Below, in pieces: positions 40,987 to 50,701 of a stretch of 64,000 bases of DNA. The notes below the pieces were generated by a model. The model had not been told where the DNA came from. It saw only the letters and a list, made by a program, of their open reading frames with translations, and made no database searches. Source of the DNA: an uncultured virus (IMG/VR IMGVR_UViG_3300030117_007285) (lineage: Duplodnaviria; Heunggongvirae; Uroviricota; Caudoviricetes); IMG/VR virus record IMGVR_UViG_3300030117_007285, positions 1-64,000 of that record. The stretch is one strand, 5' to 3'. The translations under genes and the position numbers were made by a program. Within the stretch, counting starts at the first letter, position 1, and every line of letters starts with the position of its first letter.

Positions 40987-42804
40987 ATGTCTATTTTAGG
41001 TAAACTAACTGAAGGCGTCGTTAGTCGTGACATGAAAAAAGAAGGTGCGGCCCTGCTTAATAAGTGGGAACAAACCGGTCTTTTGGAAGGTCTACAAGGC
41101 GACGTTGAAAAAAACAACATGGCTCGTCTACTTGAGAACCAAGCCAAGCAGCTTCTTAAAGAGGCCGCATCTTCAATGGCTGGTGGTGATGTAGAAGGTT
41201 TCGCTGCTGTAGCGTTTCCTATTGTTCGTCGTGTATTCGGCGGACTTATTGCTAATGACCTTGTGAGCGTTCAGCCAATGTCGCTTCCGTCTGGTCTTAT
41301 TTTCTTCCTTGACTTTACTTTCGGTGGAGCCGAGGATAGCGAAGGTAATACTATAACTGATCGTGATGGCTTCCTTAACGGAACATCGCTTTACGGCGGT
41401 GGCAAAGTTGGGTCAGAACTTACTGGCGGTGTTGATCTTGCTGGTAGAGCTGGTACTAACGCTGGTCAATTTTATGGCTTGACTAACGGTTATACCTCAC
41501 CAACTGGCACCATTGGTTCCTTCTCGGTGTTGTCCTCTGGCACGATGGATCAGGGCGGCAAAGCTTCAAGCTTCTTCGACGGGACCACTTCACCATTTGA
41601 TACTTTAGATGATGTCAACAGCACACTACGTTATGATCCAGATCTTGTATCCGGTTCACACTGGTTTATTGCTGAAGTTGATTTAACAGCTGCTACGCCA
41701 GCACAATTCAACTTTGACAACTTAGTGTCTATTGCACTTACAGGTGCTGATAATCCAGCTACAGCTGGCTCAACCACACCAGTAACGTTAGTGCGTCGTT
41801 TAACTCAGCTAGATGGAGAGGATGACACTAAGGCAAATCTAGTTTTTGTAACTACTGCATCGTCGGGTGTAACGGTGGCAAGTGAGATCCATGCAGCAAA
41901 GCTCAGAATTCAAAGCTTTGTTGCTCAATGCGCAATAAAAGATGATTTTATTGCTGCATCTGGTGATAACAAGATTGGAGCCGTTGTGGGCGATACTGCA
42001 TTTGGACTTGAGGGAGCGGAAGAAATTCCAGAAATTAACCTTAAGGTCGATTCCGTATCGGTAACTGCAATGACCAAAAAGCTCAAGGCAAAGTGGACTC
42101 CAGAATTAGGTCAAGACCTAAACGCTTACCACAACCTTGATGCCGAGGTCGAGCTTACTTCAATTCTCTCTGAGCAAATTGCACTAGAAATTGATCGTGA
42201 GATCGTTGAGGACCTTGTTAAAGGTGCAACCGGTGCGACTTATTACTGGTCGCGCAGCCCGGGCCTCTTCGTTGATAAAAATACTGGTGCAGAGGTTGGA
42301 GCATCTTCGGCTGCGCCAGACTTCACCGGTACCGTCTCAGAGTGGTACGAGACACTGCTTGAGACAATCAATGACGTATCGGCACAGATTCACCGTAAGA
42401 CTCTACGCGGTGGCGCAAACTTTATTGTTACCTCACCAGAGGTTGCGTCCATCCTAGAGATGACTTCCGGTTTCCGTGCTAGTGTTACTGTTGAGGGTCC
42501 GAAAGGAACTGCTGGTCCTCAAAACGTTGGTTCTTTGAACAAGCGTTTAGATGTCCATGTTGATCCTTACTTCCCACGTAACCTCATTCTTGTAGGCCGA
42601 CGTGGAGGATCTTTCCTAGAGAGCGGATATGTATACGCTCCATACGTGCCACTACAAGTCACGCCTACCATCTTTGGTGTGGAAGACTTCGTACCACGTA
42701 AGGGTGTCATGACTCGCTATGCGAAGAAAATGGTTCGACCAGATATGTACGGTCTAGTCATTTGTCGCGGACTCTTAGGTGAGAGCGGCGCTACCTCCGC
42801 ATAA
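40987..42804 (+). CDS. Major capsid protein (T4 gp23-like)
   Basis: LLENQ, VSVQPMSLPSGLIF, KLKAKWTPELGQDL..YH.LDAE.EL, YAPYVPL, GVMTRYA. Confidence 0.96.
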   Translation: MSILGKLTEGVVSRDMKKEGAALLNKWEQTGLLEGLQGDVEKNNMARLLENQAKQLLKEAASSMAGGDVEGFAAVAFPIVRRVFGGLIANDLVSVQPMSLPSGLIFFLDFTFGGAEDSEGNTITDRDGFLNGTSLYGGGKVGSELTGGVDLAGRAGTNAGQFYGLTNGYTSPTGTIGSFSVLSSGTMDQGGKASSFFDGTTSPFDTLDDVNSTLRYDPDLVSGSHWFIAEVDLTAATPAQFNFDNLVSIALTGADNPATAGSTTPVTLVRRLTQLDGEDDTKANLVFVTTASSGVTVASEIHAAKLRIQSFVAQCAIKDDFIAASGDNKIGAVVGDTAFGLEGAEEIPEINLKVDSVSVTAMTKKLKAKWTPELGQDLNAYHNLDAEVELTSILSEQIALEIDREIVEDLVKGATGATYYWSRSPGLFVDKNTGAEVGASSAAPDFTGTVSEWYETLLETINDVSAQIHRKTLRGGANFIVTSPEVASILEMTSGFRASVTVEGPKGTAGPQNVGSLNKRLDVHVDPYFPRNLILVGRRGGSFLESGYVYAPYVPLQVTPTIFGVEDFVPRKGVMTRYAKKMVRPDMYGLVICRGLLGESGATSA

Positions 42805-42834
42805 AACTAATTTAATTTAGTTTAAACAAATCCG

Positions 42835-42867
42835 ACCCCGTGTTTCTTTTGAGGCACGGGGTTTTTT
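42835..42867 (+). terminator. Rho-independent terminator after major capsid gene
   Basis: Stem ACCCCGTGTTTC / GAGGCACGGGGT with TTTT loop, followed by a T tract. Confidence 0.88.
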
Positions 42868-42880
42868 GTTTTGGGGCTTG

Positions 42881-42890
42881 ACTATTTATT
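42881..42890 (+). promoter_or_regulatory. Putative late-promoter motif just after the capsid terminator
   Basis: ACTATTTATT, intergenic. Confidence 0.6.
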
Positions 42891-42928
42891 GTAAAGTAAC
42901 ACAAGAGGGTGTGTTATGGAGGAAAAAA

Positions 42929-43204
42929 ATGGCTAGGCAATCAGTTGGAAACATAAAAAGATTAGTAGAGCAAATTGTTGGAGATGTTTTGTTTAAGGCA
43001 AACGTGCTACCAACAGCGAATGGAGGGGCCGAGCTAGGGTCGCGAGAAAATAGATTTGCAAATATATATTGTCAAGACTTAAATCTTGCTAATGAGCGCG
43101 GAGACTATACAGTTATTGAGGAAGAAGAATATCTTTCTTTAAGAAACAACAAAACGGGCAAAGTTTATAAATTTGTTTTGGAAGAGATAAAGGAGGAGGA
43201 ATAA
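42929..43204 (+). CDS. Small protein resembling a tail-fibre C-terminal domain
   Basis: Start moved to ATG 42929 (GGAGG SD); LGS..RFANIY..DLNLANE.GDYTV.E.EE.L...N.KTGK.YKF.LEEI pattern. Confidence 0.6.
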   Translation: MARQSVGNIKRLVEQIVGDVLFKANVLPTANGGAELGSRENRFANIYCQDLNLANERGDYTVIEEEEYLSLRNNKTGKVYKFVLEEIKEEE

Positions 43205-43205
43205 A

Positions 43206-43493
43206 ATGCCTATTGATATAAGCGGCAGTAATGGACAAACTACCATTAGCGGCAGCAGCACAACAATTAGTGGCTCTGGTGGAACTACGGTTATCAGCGG
43301 AAGTGTTTTGAGTGGATCGGAAGGCGCACCAGCATTTTCTCTACCGGTAGGACCTCTAAGTATTACAGGTTCATATCAAACCACTGGGAGTATGGTAATT
43401 GTTTCTGGATCAGATGGCTGTTATCAATTGTATGTTTTGTTACCTTCTGGCTCATCAATGCAGTGGGTAGACATAACCGGCTCTTGTTCATAA
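43206..43493 (+). CDS. Ser/Gly/Thr-rich small protein with ten [S/T]GS motifs
   Basis: 95 aa; strong GGAGGAGG SD. Confidence 0.65.
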   Translation: MPIDISGSNGQTTISGSSTTISGSGGTTVISGSVLSGSEGAPAFSLPVGPLSITGSYQTTGSMVIVSGSDGCYQLYVLLPSGSSMQWVDITGSCS

Positions 43494-43591
43494 TAATATA
43501 ATTCACTTTATAACTCTTTATTAACTACTTACTATACCCATGTTTCTGACATGATTATAAATGGCCGAGGGCCAAGGGAGGGTTTTAAATT

Positions 43592-44095
43592 ATGGGTTCA
43601 AAAAGAATAGGTCTTGCAAGAACGCAAGCATTATTAGAGAATTTAAAGAGAGAGTTGGATTTAACCAGCACACAGTTTAATGGTTTGCATAGAGGTGTTA
43701 AAACTTTAGTAACCGGTGGAGCAGGGACAACAGAGGTAACTACTGAAGATTCAGGTAAAGTTATTTTTGTTGATGGTAGCGCCGAAGGTAATCATACTAT
43801 TACTTTACCTCCACCGACAACGGTAGGTTTAGAATACATAATTGTTTTAAATGCAAATAACCACACAAACACTGAAATCTTATTAGATTCGCAAGTAAGT
43901 GGTGGCATTAAGGGAATGTTAAAAAAGCTTGCAGCATCTGCAATAGCTAATGTTGTAGCACACAGTAATCAAAAGCTTGGCTTTGGTGATGCATCCAAAA
44001 TAGGAAGCACCATTCATGTTGTATCGAGTGGTGAGTTTTATCACGTAGTTGAAGCAGTTTCGGACGTTGTGCACATCAGCGCATTCACCGCCTAG
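43592..44095 (+). CDS. Putative capsid decoration/fibre-like protein
   Basis: N-terminal helix then VTTEDSGKVIFVD..ITLP..GLEYII beta motif; own motif-type promoter and terminator; GGAGG SD. Confidence 0.5.
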   Translation: MGSKRIGLARTQALLENLKRELDLTSTQFNGLHRGVKTLVTGGAGTTEVTTEDSGKVIFVDGSAEGNHTITLPPPTTVGLEYIIVLNANNHTNTEILLDSQVSGGIKGMLKKLAASAIANVVAHSNQKLGFGDASKIGSTIHVVSSGEFYHVVEAVSDVVHISAFTA

Positions 44096-44122
44096 AAATA
44101 AATAATAAAAGTTTTTTGCTTT

Positions 44123-44150
44123 GCCCCCTTCTTTTGGAGGGGGTTTTTTT
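44123..44150 (+). terminator. Rho-independent terminator
   Basis: Stem GCCCCCTTC / GGAGGGGGT, TTTT loop, T tract. Confidence 0.85.
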
Positions 44151-44161
44151 ATCTAAAAACA

Positions 44162-44171
44162 ACTATTTATA
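44162..44171 (+). promoter_or_regulatory. Putative late-promoter motif just after a terminator
   Basis: ACTATTTATA, intergenic. Confidence 0.62.
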
Positions 44172-44189
44172 AAAATAGGAGTTTGTGTA

Positions 44190-44495
44190 ATGGGAAAGAA
44201 AAGAAAAATCATAGCAAAACCTCAAAAGTTTGGTAAAAAATTTGCTTTACATCCAGTTTCACAGGTACCACCAGTGGTGGATCCCAAAGAAGAGGAGCAG
44301 AAAGTAGAACTAGAAAAACAAAAAGTGGAGGAAGAAATGAGTAACAGAAGAAAATGGTTAAAAGAGCAAGCTGCAGAAAAAAAGAAAAAAGAAGAAGCCG
44401 CAGCTAAAGCAGAGAAAGTGGCCGCACCCAAAACAAAAAAAGTCGCGACCCCGCAAAAGAAAACAACCAAAAAAACTAAAGCCGCGACTGAGTAA
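44190..44495 (+). CDS. Small Lys-rich protein with histone H1-like tail
   Basis: 101 aa ending KVAAPKTKKVATPQKKTTKKTKAATE; AGGAG SD. Confidence 0.6.
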   Translation: MGKKRKIIAKPQKFGKKFALHPVSQVPPVVDPKEEEQKVELEKQKVEEEMSNRRKWLKEQAAEKKKKEEAAAKAEKVAAPKTKKVATPQKKTTKKTKAATE

Positions 44496-44514
44496 GCTGT
44501 TTAAAATGTCTCCT

Positions 44515-44524
44515 ACTAATTATA
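44515..44524 (+). promoter_or_regulatory. Putative late-promoter motif before the neck genes
   Basis: ACTAATTATA, intergenic, within a hairpin loop. Confidence 0.6.
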
Positions 44525-44541
44525 AGGAGGAGATTTAATAA

Positions 44542-45786
44542 ATGGCGACACCCACCTTATTACCAGCATCACAAACTAGTGTGGTTGCACTTCCCAGCGG
44601 ATCAACTGCAACAGAGGCCAGTACTTCTACATTTCCATTTGATATCTATACAGACGATCAATTCTTTTTAACTGGTGCTGCTGATCAAGTTAGCTACACG
44701 TATGCTAAGTTGGGCGGCGATGTCCTTGATATTGAACTAACGAAAGAACAAGTATTTTCTGCTTATCAAGAAGCAGTTCTAGAGTACTCTTACATTTTAA
44801 ACGTCCACCAAGTTAAAAACTCAATTGGTGATCTTTTGGGCGCTAAAACGGGTTCTTTTAATGAGGAGGGCCAGCTCCAAGATACCACCGATCTTGAAGA
44901 TGTTGCTCTAAAATTCCCTAAGTTTAAGTTTGAATATGCTAGAAGAGTGGCGCATGGATATGCAACTGAAGCCGGCTTTGGCGGTGTGACCCCTATATTC
45001 TCTGCTTCTTTTCAAACCGTACAAAACCAACAAGATTATGATCTTCAAGCTATAATATCTTCATCTTCTGATTATAGTGGAAGTGTCGGAGATAAGAGAG
45101 TAAACATAACGAGAGTATTCTATAAAACACCACAAGCAATTTGGAGGTTTTATGGTTATTATGGCGGGCTAAACACTGTTGGTGATTTAGCTAGCTACGG
45201 CCAATATTCAGACGACAGCACATTTCAGCTGGTACCGGTTTGGCAAAACAAGTCACAGGCTCAGGCGTTTGAGGATGCTATATACACAAGAAATAGTCAC
45301 TATAGTTATGAAATTAAAAACAACAAATTAAGAATATTTCCTCAGACTGTTGTAGTTAGTCCAAAAACAATGTGGGTCGAATTTTTTGTAGACACTGATA
45401 CACCTTGGAAAGAAGATACAGCCACAGATAATGGAGTTAATGGTATCAACAATATGAACACGATGCCGTTTGAAAATACGCCTTATCAATCAATTAACTC
45501 AATTGGTAAACAATGGATCAGGCGCTTTGCATTAGCGCTAGCAAAAGAAATACTAGGGAATATTAGATCAAAAATAGCAACAATTCCAATCCCTGGTGCG
45601 AATACTACTTTGAACGGCGCCGCACTTTTAAGTCAAGCAATAACAGAACAAAAAGAACTAAGAGAGGAATTAAAGAAAACTCTTGATGAGCTAACCTATG
45701 CAAAAATAGCAGAGGGAGATGGCGCCTTAACAAAGGCAATCAATGAAATACAACAAAAGATACCAATGACGGTATATGTGGGGTAA
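44542..45786 (+). CDS. Neck/head-completion protein (T4 gp13-like)
   Basis: KLGGDVLDIELT.EQ N-terminal and WIRRFALALAKEILG.IRSK...IPG..TTLNG C-terminal motifs; position after the capsid genes. Confidence 0.8.
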   Translation: MATPTLLPASQTSVVALPSGSTATEASTSTFPFDIYTDDQFFLTGAADQVSYTYAKLGGDVLDIELTKEQVFSAYQEAVLEYSYILNVHQVKNSIGDLLGAKTGSFNEEGQLQDTTDLEDVALKFPKFKFEYARRVAHGYATEAGFGGVTPIFSASFQTVQNQQDYDLQAIISSSSDYSGSVGDKRVNITRVFYKTPQAIWRFYGYYGGLNTVGDLASYGQYSDDSTFQLVPVWQNKSQAQAFEDAIYTRNSHYSYEIKNNKLRIFPQTVVVSPKTMWVEFFVDTDTPWKEDTATDNGVNGINNMNTMPFENTPYQSINSIGKQWIRRFALALAKEILGNIRSKIATIPIPGANTTLNGAALLSQAITEQKELREELKKTLDELTYAKIAEGDGALTKAINEIQQKIPMTVYVG

Positions 45787-45792
45787 AAATAG

Positions 45793-46281
45793 ATGTCTGA
45801 TGAAAATAAATGGTCACAGCCAGCTGCTCCACCGCCCCCTTTGTTTTTAGGAGAAAAAGAAAGAAACTATGTAAAGCAGGTAAATGATGAGCTGATAGAG
45901 AAGGTTGTTGGTCAGGATTTACTTTATTATCCAATAAGTCTTGAACATACTAATTTTCATCCGATTTATGGCGAATCAATAAATAAGGTTTATTATCCTC
46001 CAATAAGAGTGTATGCTTTAGTTACTTGGCAGGGTTATTCAACAGAAACAACAAGTTTAGGGATTGATAGACGACCCTCGATAAAAATCAATTTTCATAA
46101 AAGAAGACTAACTGAGGATCAAGACGTTTTTGTAAGAGAGGGAGACTTTGTTTTATACGGAGAAAGCTTTTACGAAATAGTCACGTTAAATGAACCAATG
46201 CAGATGTTTGGTCAAATAGAACACAGAATGGAAATAGAGGCAACTTGCATCAAAGCTAGAAAAGGAGTTTTCAATGGCTAG
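45793..46281 (+). CDS. Neck protein (T4 gp14-like)
   Basis: Position after gp13-like gene; G..L.YY....IYGE and REGD motifs. Confidence 0.65.
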   Translation: MSDENKWSQPAAPPPPLFLGEKERNYVKQVNDELIEKVVGQDLLYYPISLEHTNFHPIYGESINKVYYPPIRVYALVTWQGYSTETTSLGIDRRPSIKINFHKRRLTEDQDVFVREGDFVLYGESFYEIVTLNEPMQMFGQIEHRMEIEATCIKARKGVFNG

Positions 46282-47137
46282 AGAAGAATATGGCGATTTG
46301 GAATTAAAACCTTCAACTTTAGAAAATATTGACACGGCTTTATACAGATTTTTAGATGAAGCTCTAAATTTACATTCAGAAACTGCCGAAGGAGTTATTA
46401 AAGTTCCAGTGGTTTTCGCTTCAGCAGAAAGAACATTTTTATCAAAAAAAACAGCTGAAGGCAGAGACAGCGATGGAACTCTTAACTTACCCATAATAAG
46501 TGTTGAAAGGACCACGGTTTCTAAAGATTTAAGTAAAACAACTTCTTATTATGGCCCAACTCCTTTTTTTATTGATTCGATACATGGAAGCTATATTAGA
46601 ATAAATAGAAGAATAGTTGAGGACAAAACAAATAATTTTGCAGTAGCAGATAATATAAAAAATTTAGACGGCGTAAGAAGAACACCAAATGGCCAAGCGC
46701 ATTTTCCAAGCAATAATAAAAAAATAGTAACAGTAAGCTATTATGTGCCACGTCCCATATCGATTAACGTAAATTACAATATTATTGTAAAAACAAATTA
46801 TTTACAACAAATGAACAATCTGGTTGTACCCTTTATAAACATCGGAGATTATGCCAAAATGGTAAAAATTTCTAACGACGGGCATTTTTATGAAGCATTT
46901 TTTAATGGCACTTTTAACACAACGAACACTGTTTCTAATTTAGCAAATAATGAAAGAACTTACCAAACTAGTATAACTGTTGGAGTAATAGGTTATTTAA
47001 TTGGAGAGGGCGATAACCAAATTAGAGCAAAGGTAATAAAAAGAGAAAATGTTGTTGAGGTTAAGATACCTAGAGAAAGAGTAATCGTCGGTGATGTTCA
47101 GCAACTACCTGAGTCTAGTGGCTTTTACAAAGATTAG
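46274..47137 (+). CDS. Tail terminator/sheath stabiliser (T4 gp15-like)
   Basis: IKVPVVFA..ER, LPIIS and PRPISINVNY motifs; immediately upstream of the sheath. Confidence 0.7.
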   Translation: MAREEYGDLELKPSTLENIDTALYRFLDEALNLHSETAEGVIKVPVVFASAERTFLSKKTAEGRDSDGTLNLPIISVERTTVSKDLSKTTSYYGPTPFFIDSIHGSYIRINRRIVEDKTNNFAVADNIKNLDGVRRTPNGQAHFPSNNKKIVTVSYYVPRPISINVNYNIIVKTNYLQQMNNLVVPFINIGDYAKMVKISNDGHFYEAFFNGTFNTTNTVSNLANNERTYQTSITVGVIGYLIGEGDNQIRAKVIKRENVVEVKIPRERVIVGDVQQLPESSGFYKD

Positions 47138-47159
47138 AAAGCACTTTGAAAAAAACAAA

Positions 47160-47169
47160 ACTAATTATA
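47160..47169 (+). promoter_or_regulatory. Putative late-promoter motif before tail sheath
   Basis: ACTAATTATA, intergenic. Confidence 0.62.
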
Positions 47170-47204
47170 TTTGATATAAACACATTATAAAGGAGAGTTT
47201 ATAC

Positions 47205-50200
47205 ATGTCTTCAAGAAAATTTAAATTTATTTCCCCCGGAATATTCATCAATGAAATTGATCGATCACAAATTGCATCGCTACCTGCAGCGGTCGGACCA
47301 GCAATCATAGGTAGATTTGAAAAAGGTCCGGTTTTAAAACCTGTTCAAGTTAATTCATTTGAAGATTTTGTTTTAACTTTTGGAAACCCAATAGCCGGCG
47401 GCGCAAATGGAGACATGTTTAGAGATGGCAATTACTCCGCACCTACTTATGGCGCATATGCAGTGCAAGCTTACTTAAGAAATAACTCTCCTGTAACTGT
47501 TGTTCGTTTGTTAGGCGACACAAACAAAGATGCCACCGGCGTTTCCGCTCCAAACTCCTTGGCTGGCTGGCGAACTGATAATCTAGATATATCAGGAAGC
47601 ACTTTAGCGAATCAAGGTGGAGCTTATGGTCTTTTTGTTGCAAAACATGACCCACTTAATACTTACACAATCGATTTTAACATTACAGCTTCGGAGGGTG
47701 AACCACCTGAAGCCATAGGTGTTACTGGTTCTTTTAGTGGCTCCGTAGGGCACGGGTTCACTTTAACTTCTTCAGCTGATGAGAACGCCTCATCTGCATT
47801 TGATGCCACTAGCGGTGAAGGTTCTTTTGGTACAGGATCAAGTGATTCACAAACGGCAACAAACTTCGTAGACGCTATAAACAAAGCAGCTGCAGCTGGT
47901 TATGGTGGCTTTAGCGCCGTCGTCAGCAACACAGCAAACGGCACTGTTAGCATTACTTTGTCTAGTGTCTATTCATACCTAAATATTTCTAGTTCTGATG
48001 GTGGTTTCCGAGCGGCCCTAACAGGCGCCACAAGCAATGATACATACACCGGTGTGATCACAAATGACTCAGACGCTTATGCAACTGGGTCAACCTTTGA
48101 TGCAACTGGTACTCTGGCAGCAATCTGGTATCTAGATGAAGGAGTGGTACAACTAGAGGGTAATGATCTGACAACAGGCTCAAATGAACAAACCGGCGCC
48201 GGCGTGTTCCTTAGACCTTCAGAGAACGGTGTCTTTAAGGCAATCGTTAAAAACGGAAACGATACTACAGTAGCAAGAACTGCTTTTAATTTTAATGAAA
48301 CATCTGCAAGATTTATTCGTAAAAGATTTAACACTAATCCGACTTTAACTAATGAAGCTATAACCACCAATTCAACAAGCTATTTCCTTGGTGAAACATA
48401 CGAAGGCAGTGTTAAAGATGTAATTGGTAGTGTAAATTTTGACAAAAACTTGTGTATTGGTGCGATTATTCCACTGACTACCCCTGATGGAACAACGGTT
48501 GCAGGCGGCAACTTTAAAAAGACATTTACAACAATAGATGGTGGTGAAGGAGTCACCGGCAAAACTGGTTACTTTATTGCACAAGACACTGATGCAGATT
48601 ATACAAATTTTAATCCTGCTAACATGGAAAAATTATTCCGTTTTTGCGGACGTCTAACCCGTGAGGATGTCCAACAAAACATTAAGATTTCTATTCAAGA
48701 TATTAGAGTATCAGATGATCCTACTAATGATTATGGTACTTTTACGGTTGCTATACGCGATATTCGCGACACTGACGAATCTCCAATTTATTTAGAACAA
48801 TACAATAATTGCAATTTAAATCCTGCTTCTGATAATTTTATTGCAAAGAAAATTGGTGATAAATATGAAAAATGGGATTATGACAGTAATCTTTACAAAG
48901 AATATGGCGACTATGCAAATATTTCAAAGTATGTTCGGGTTGATTTAACAGAGAAACTTAGAAATAATCAACTAGATGCAACTTTACTGCCATTTGGATT
49001 CTTTGGGCCGCCGGTCTTTAATGCATTCACCATCGATGGTTCAGGTGATGCATTTAAAGTGCACGATGGCTTTGTTTTAGAAAATACAGCTGGGTCTGGA
49101 ACATTGATTTATGCAGACACTGACTACACTGGCGCCTTTGAAGACAATGATGGCGCGCCAGTATCAGAATCAGGGACGTTTGGTCCTTTTGCCGGAGAGG
49201 CTGATACCTTTACTGGATCGATCAGGATATCATTCCCAGAACTACGTTTAAGGGTTAATACATCTGAAGGATTTTTACAAGATCCGACAGACGCGTATTT
49301 TGGCGTCGATACCACTTATAACTCAAATGTATTTAATAAAAGTGTGTTAGACGTTATTAGAACAAAGCCGGCCAATATTAATTCTCACGCGGCAGACACC
49401 GACCAGAAAAACACAAGCAACTCATTTGTGTTTACGCTTGATAACATTAGAAACGTTGCAGTTACCGGTACAGATGACGGCTTTACTGGGGCTTATAAAG
49501 TTGGTGCTGCATATGATGAAAACGCTCGTAAAAACAAAATAGCTTATANNNNNNNNNNGGCGCCACAGGCACTGGTGCTTCGTCAACACCGAGCTATGAA
49601 AATGTTCTTGACGCCGGATTTGATAGATTTACCACCGTTCTTCACGGAGGATTTGATGCAGTAGATATAACAGAGCGCGAACCTTTCCGCAATACGTTCT
49701 TAGAGGGTGAATCTGTATCAGCAACAACGAACTATGCATATAACTCAATTGCAGTCGCTATAGATTCACTAAGAGATCCGGAGCGAGTAGAATATAATTT
49801 GATTGCAATGCCTGGTTTGACTAATAATAGTCTTAACACAAAGATAGTTAGAAACACGGAAGCTAGAGGTGATGCACTAGCAGTTATCGATGTAAAAGGC
49901 GGTTATGTTCCTGACACCGAAGGCACTGATAGTATTGAAACTAGACTAGGCACCGTAACAGCTGTTGTTAATACGGTTAAAAACGACTTACGCTTAAATT
50001 CAAGCTATGGTGCAGCTTACTACCCATGGGTGCAAATTAGAGATACCATTAATGGCACTAATGTTTGGGCGCCACCATCTGTCGCAGCGATTGGAGCTTT
50101 TGGATATTCAGAAGCTATTTCTGAACTTTGGTTTGCCCCTGCCGGTTTCACACGCGGCGGCTTATCGGCAAACAATGCAGCTGGCCTCCCAGTTGTCGGT

Positions 50201-50650
50201 GTAAGACAGAGACTTACATCCAAAGAAAGAGATAAGCTTTATGAGGCTAATATCAATCCAATCGCCTCATTCCCTGCAGAGGGCATAGTAATCTTTGGAC
50301 AGAAGACATTACAAATTACCCCTTCTGCGTTAGATAGAATAAATGTAAGAAGATTAGCTATTTTCTTAAAAAGAGAAATCTCCAGAATCGCTGCAACCTT
50401 GTTGTTTGATCAAAATGTTCAAACTACTTGGAACCGATTTAGAGGACAAGTAGAAACTCTCTTAAGTGGTGTGCAGGCTGGATTAGGCTTAAGCGATTAT
50501 AAGGTTGTTCTAGATGAGACTACAACAACACCAGATCTAATTGATAGAAACATTCTATACGCAAAGATCTTTGTTAAGCCTGCGCGTGCAATTGAGTTTA
50601 TCGCAATTGACTTTATTATTACAGATAGCGGCGCTTCTTTTGATGATTAA
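47205..50650 (+). CDS. Tail sheath protein (gp18-like), one gene of about 1150 aa interrupted by an assembly gap
   Basis: N-terminal FISPGIFINEIDRS; after Ns at 49549-49558 the frame from 49559 (GATGTGASS...) runs into 49799..50650 with YYPWV, WFAPAGFTRG, GQKTLQ, LDRINVRRL. Confidence 0.92.
49549..49558. other. Assembly gap (10 N)
   Basis: Run of N in the sequence. Confidence 1.
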
Positions 50651-50661
50651 TAAAAAAGAAG

Positions 50662-50671
50662 ACTAATTAAA
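50662..50671 (+). promoter_or_regulatory. Putative late-promoter motif before tail tube
   Basis: ACTAATTAAA, intergenic. Confidence 0.6.
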
Positions 50672-50701
50672 TTAAAGGATACTTAAAGGGAGATTAAATT
50701 A

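Noticed and set aside
42804..42823. AT-rich inverted repeat AAACTAA/TTAGTTT after the capsid stop
   Set aside because: Weak and AT-rich, expected by chance; the real terminator follows immediately
42866..42928. N-terminal extension of ORF 42866..43204 given in the track
   Set aside because: It overlaps the terminator tail and the promoter-like motif; the GGAGG SD supports ATG 42929 instead
49549..49799. Apparent split or frameshift of the tail sheath into 819-aa and 283-aa ORFs
   Set aside because: The break coincides with a 10-N placeholder; sequence after the gap is open and in frame with the C-terminal ORF, so this is an assembly artefact rather than an intron or recoding
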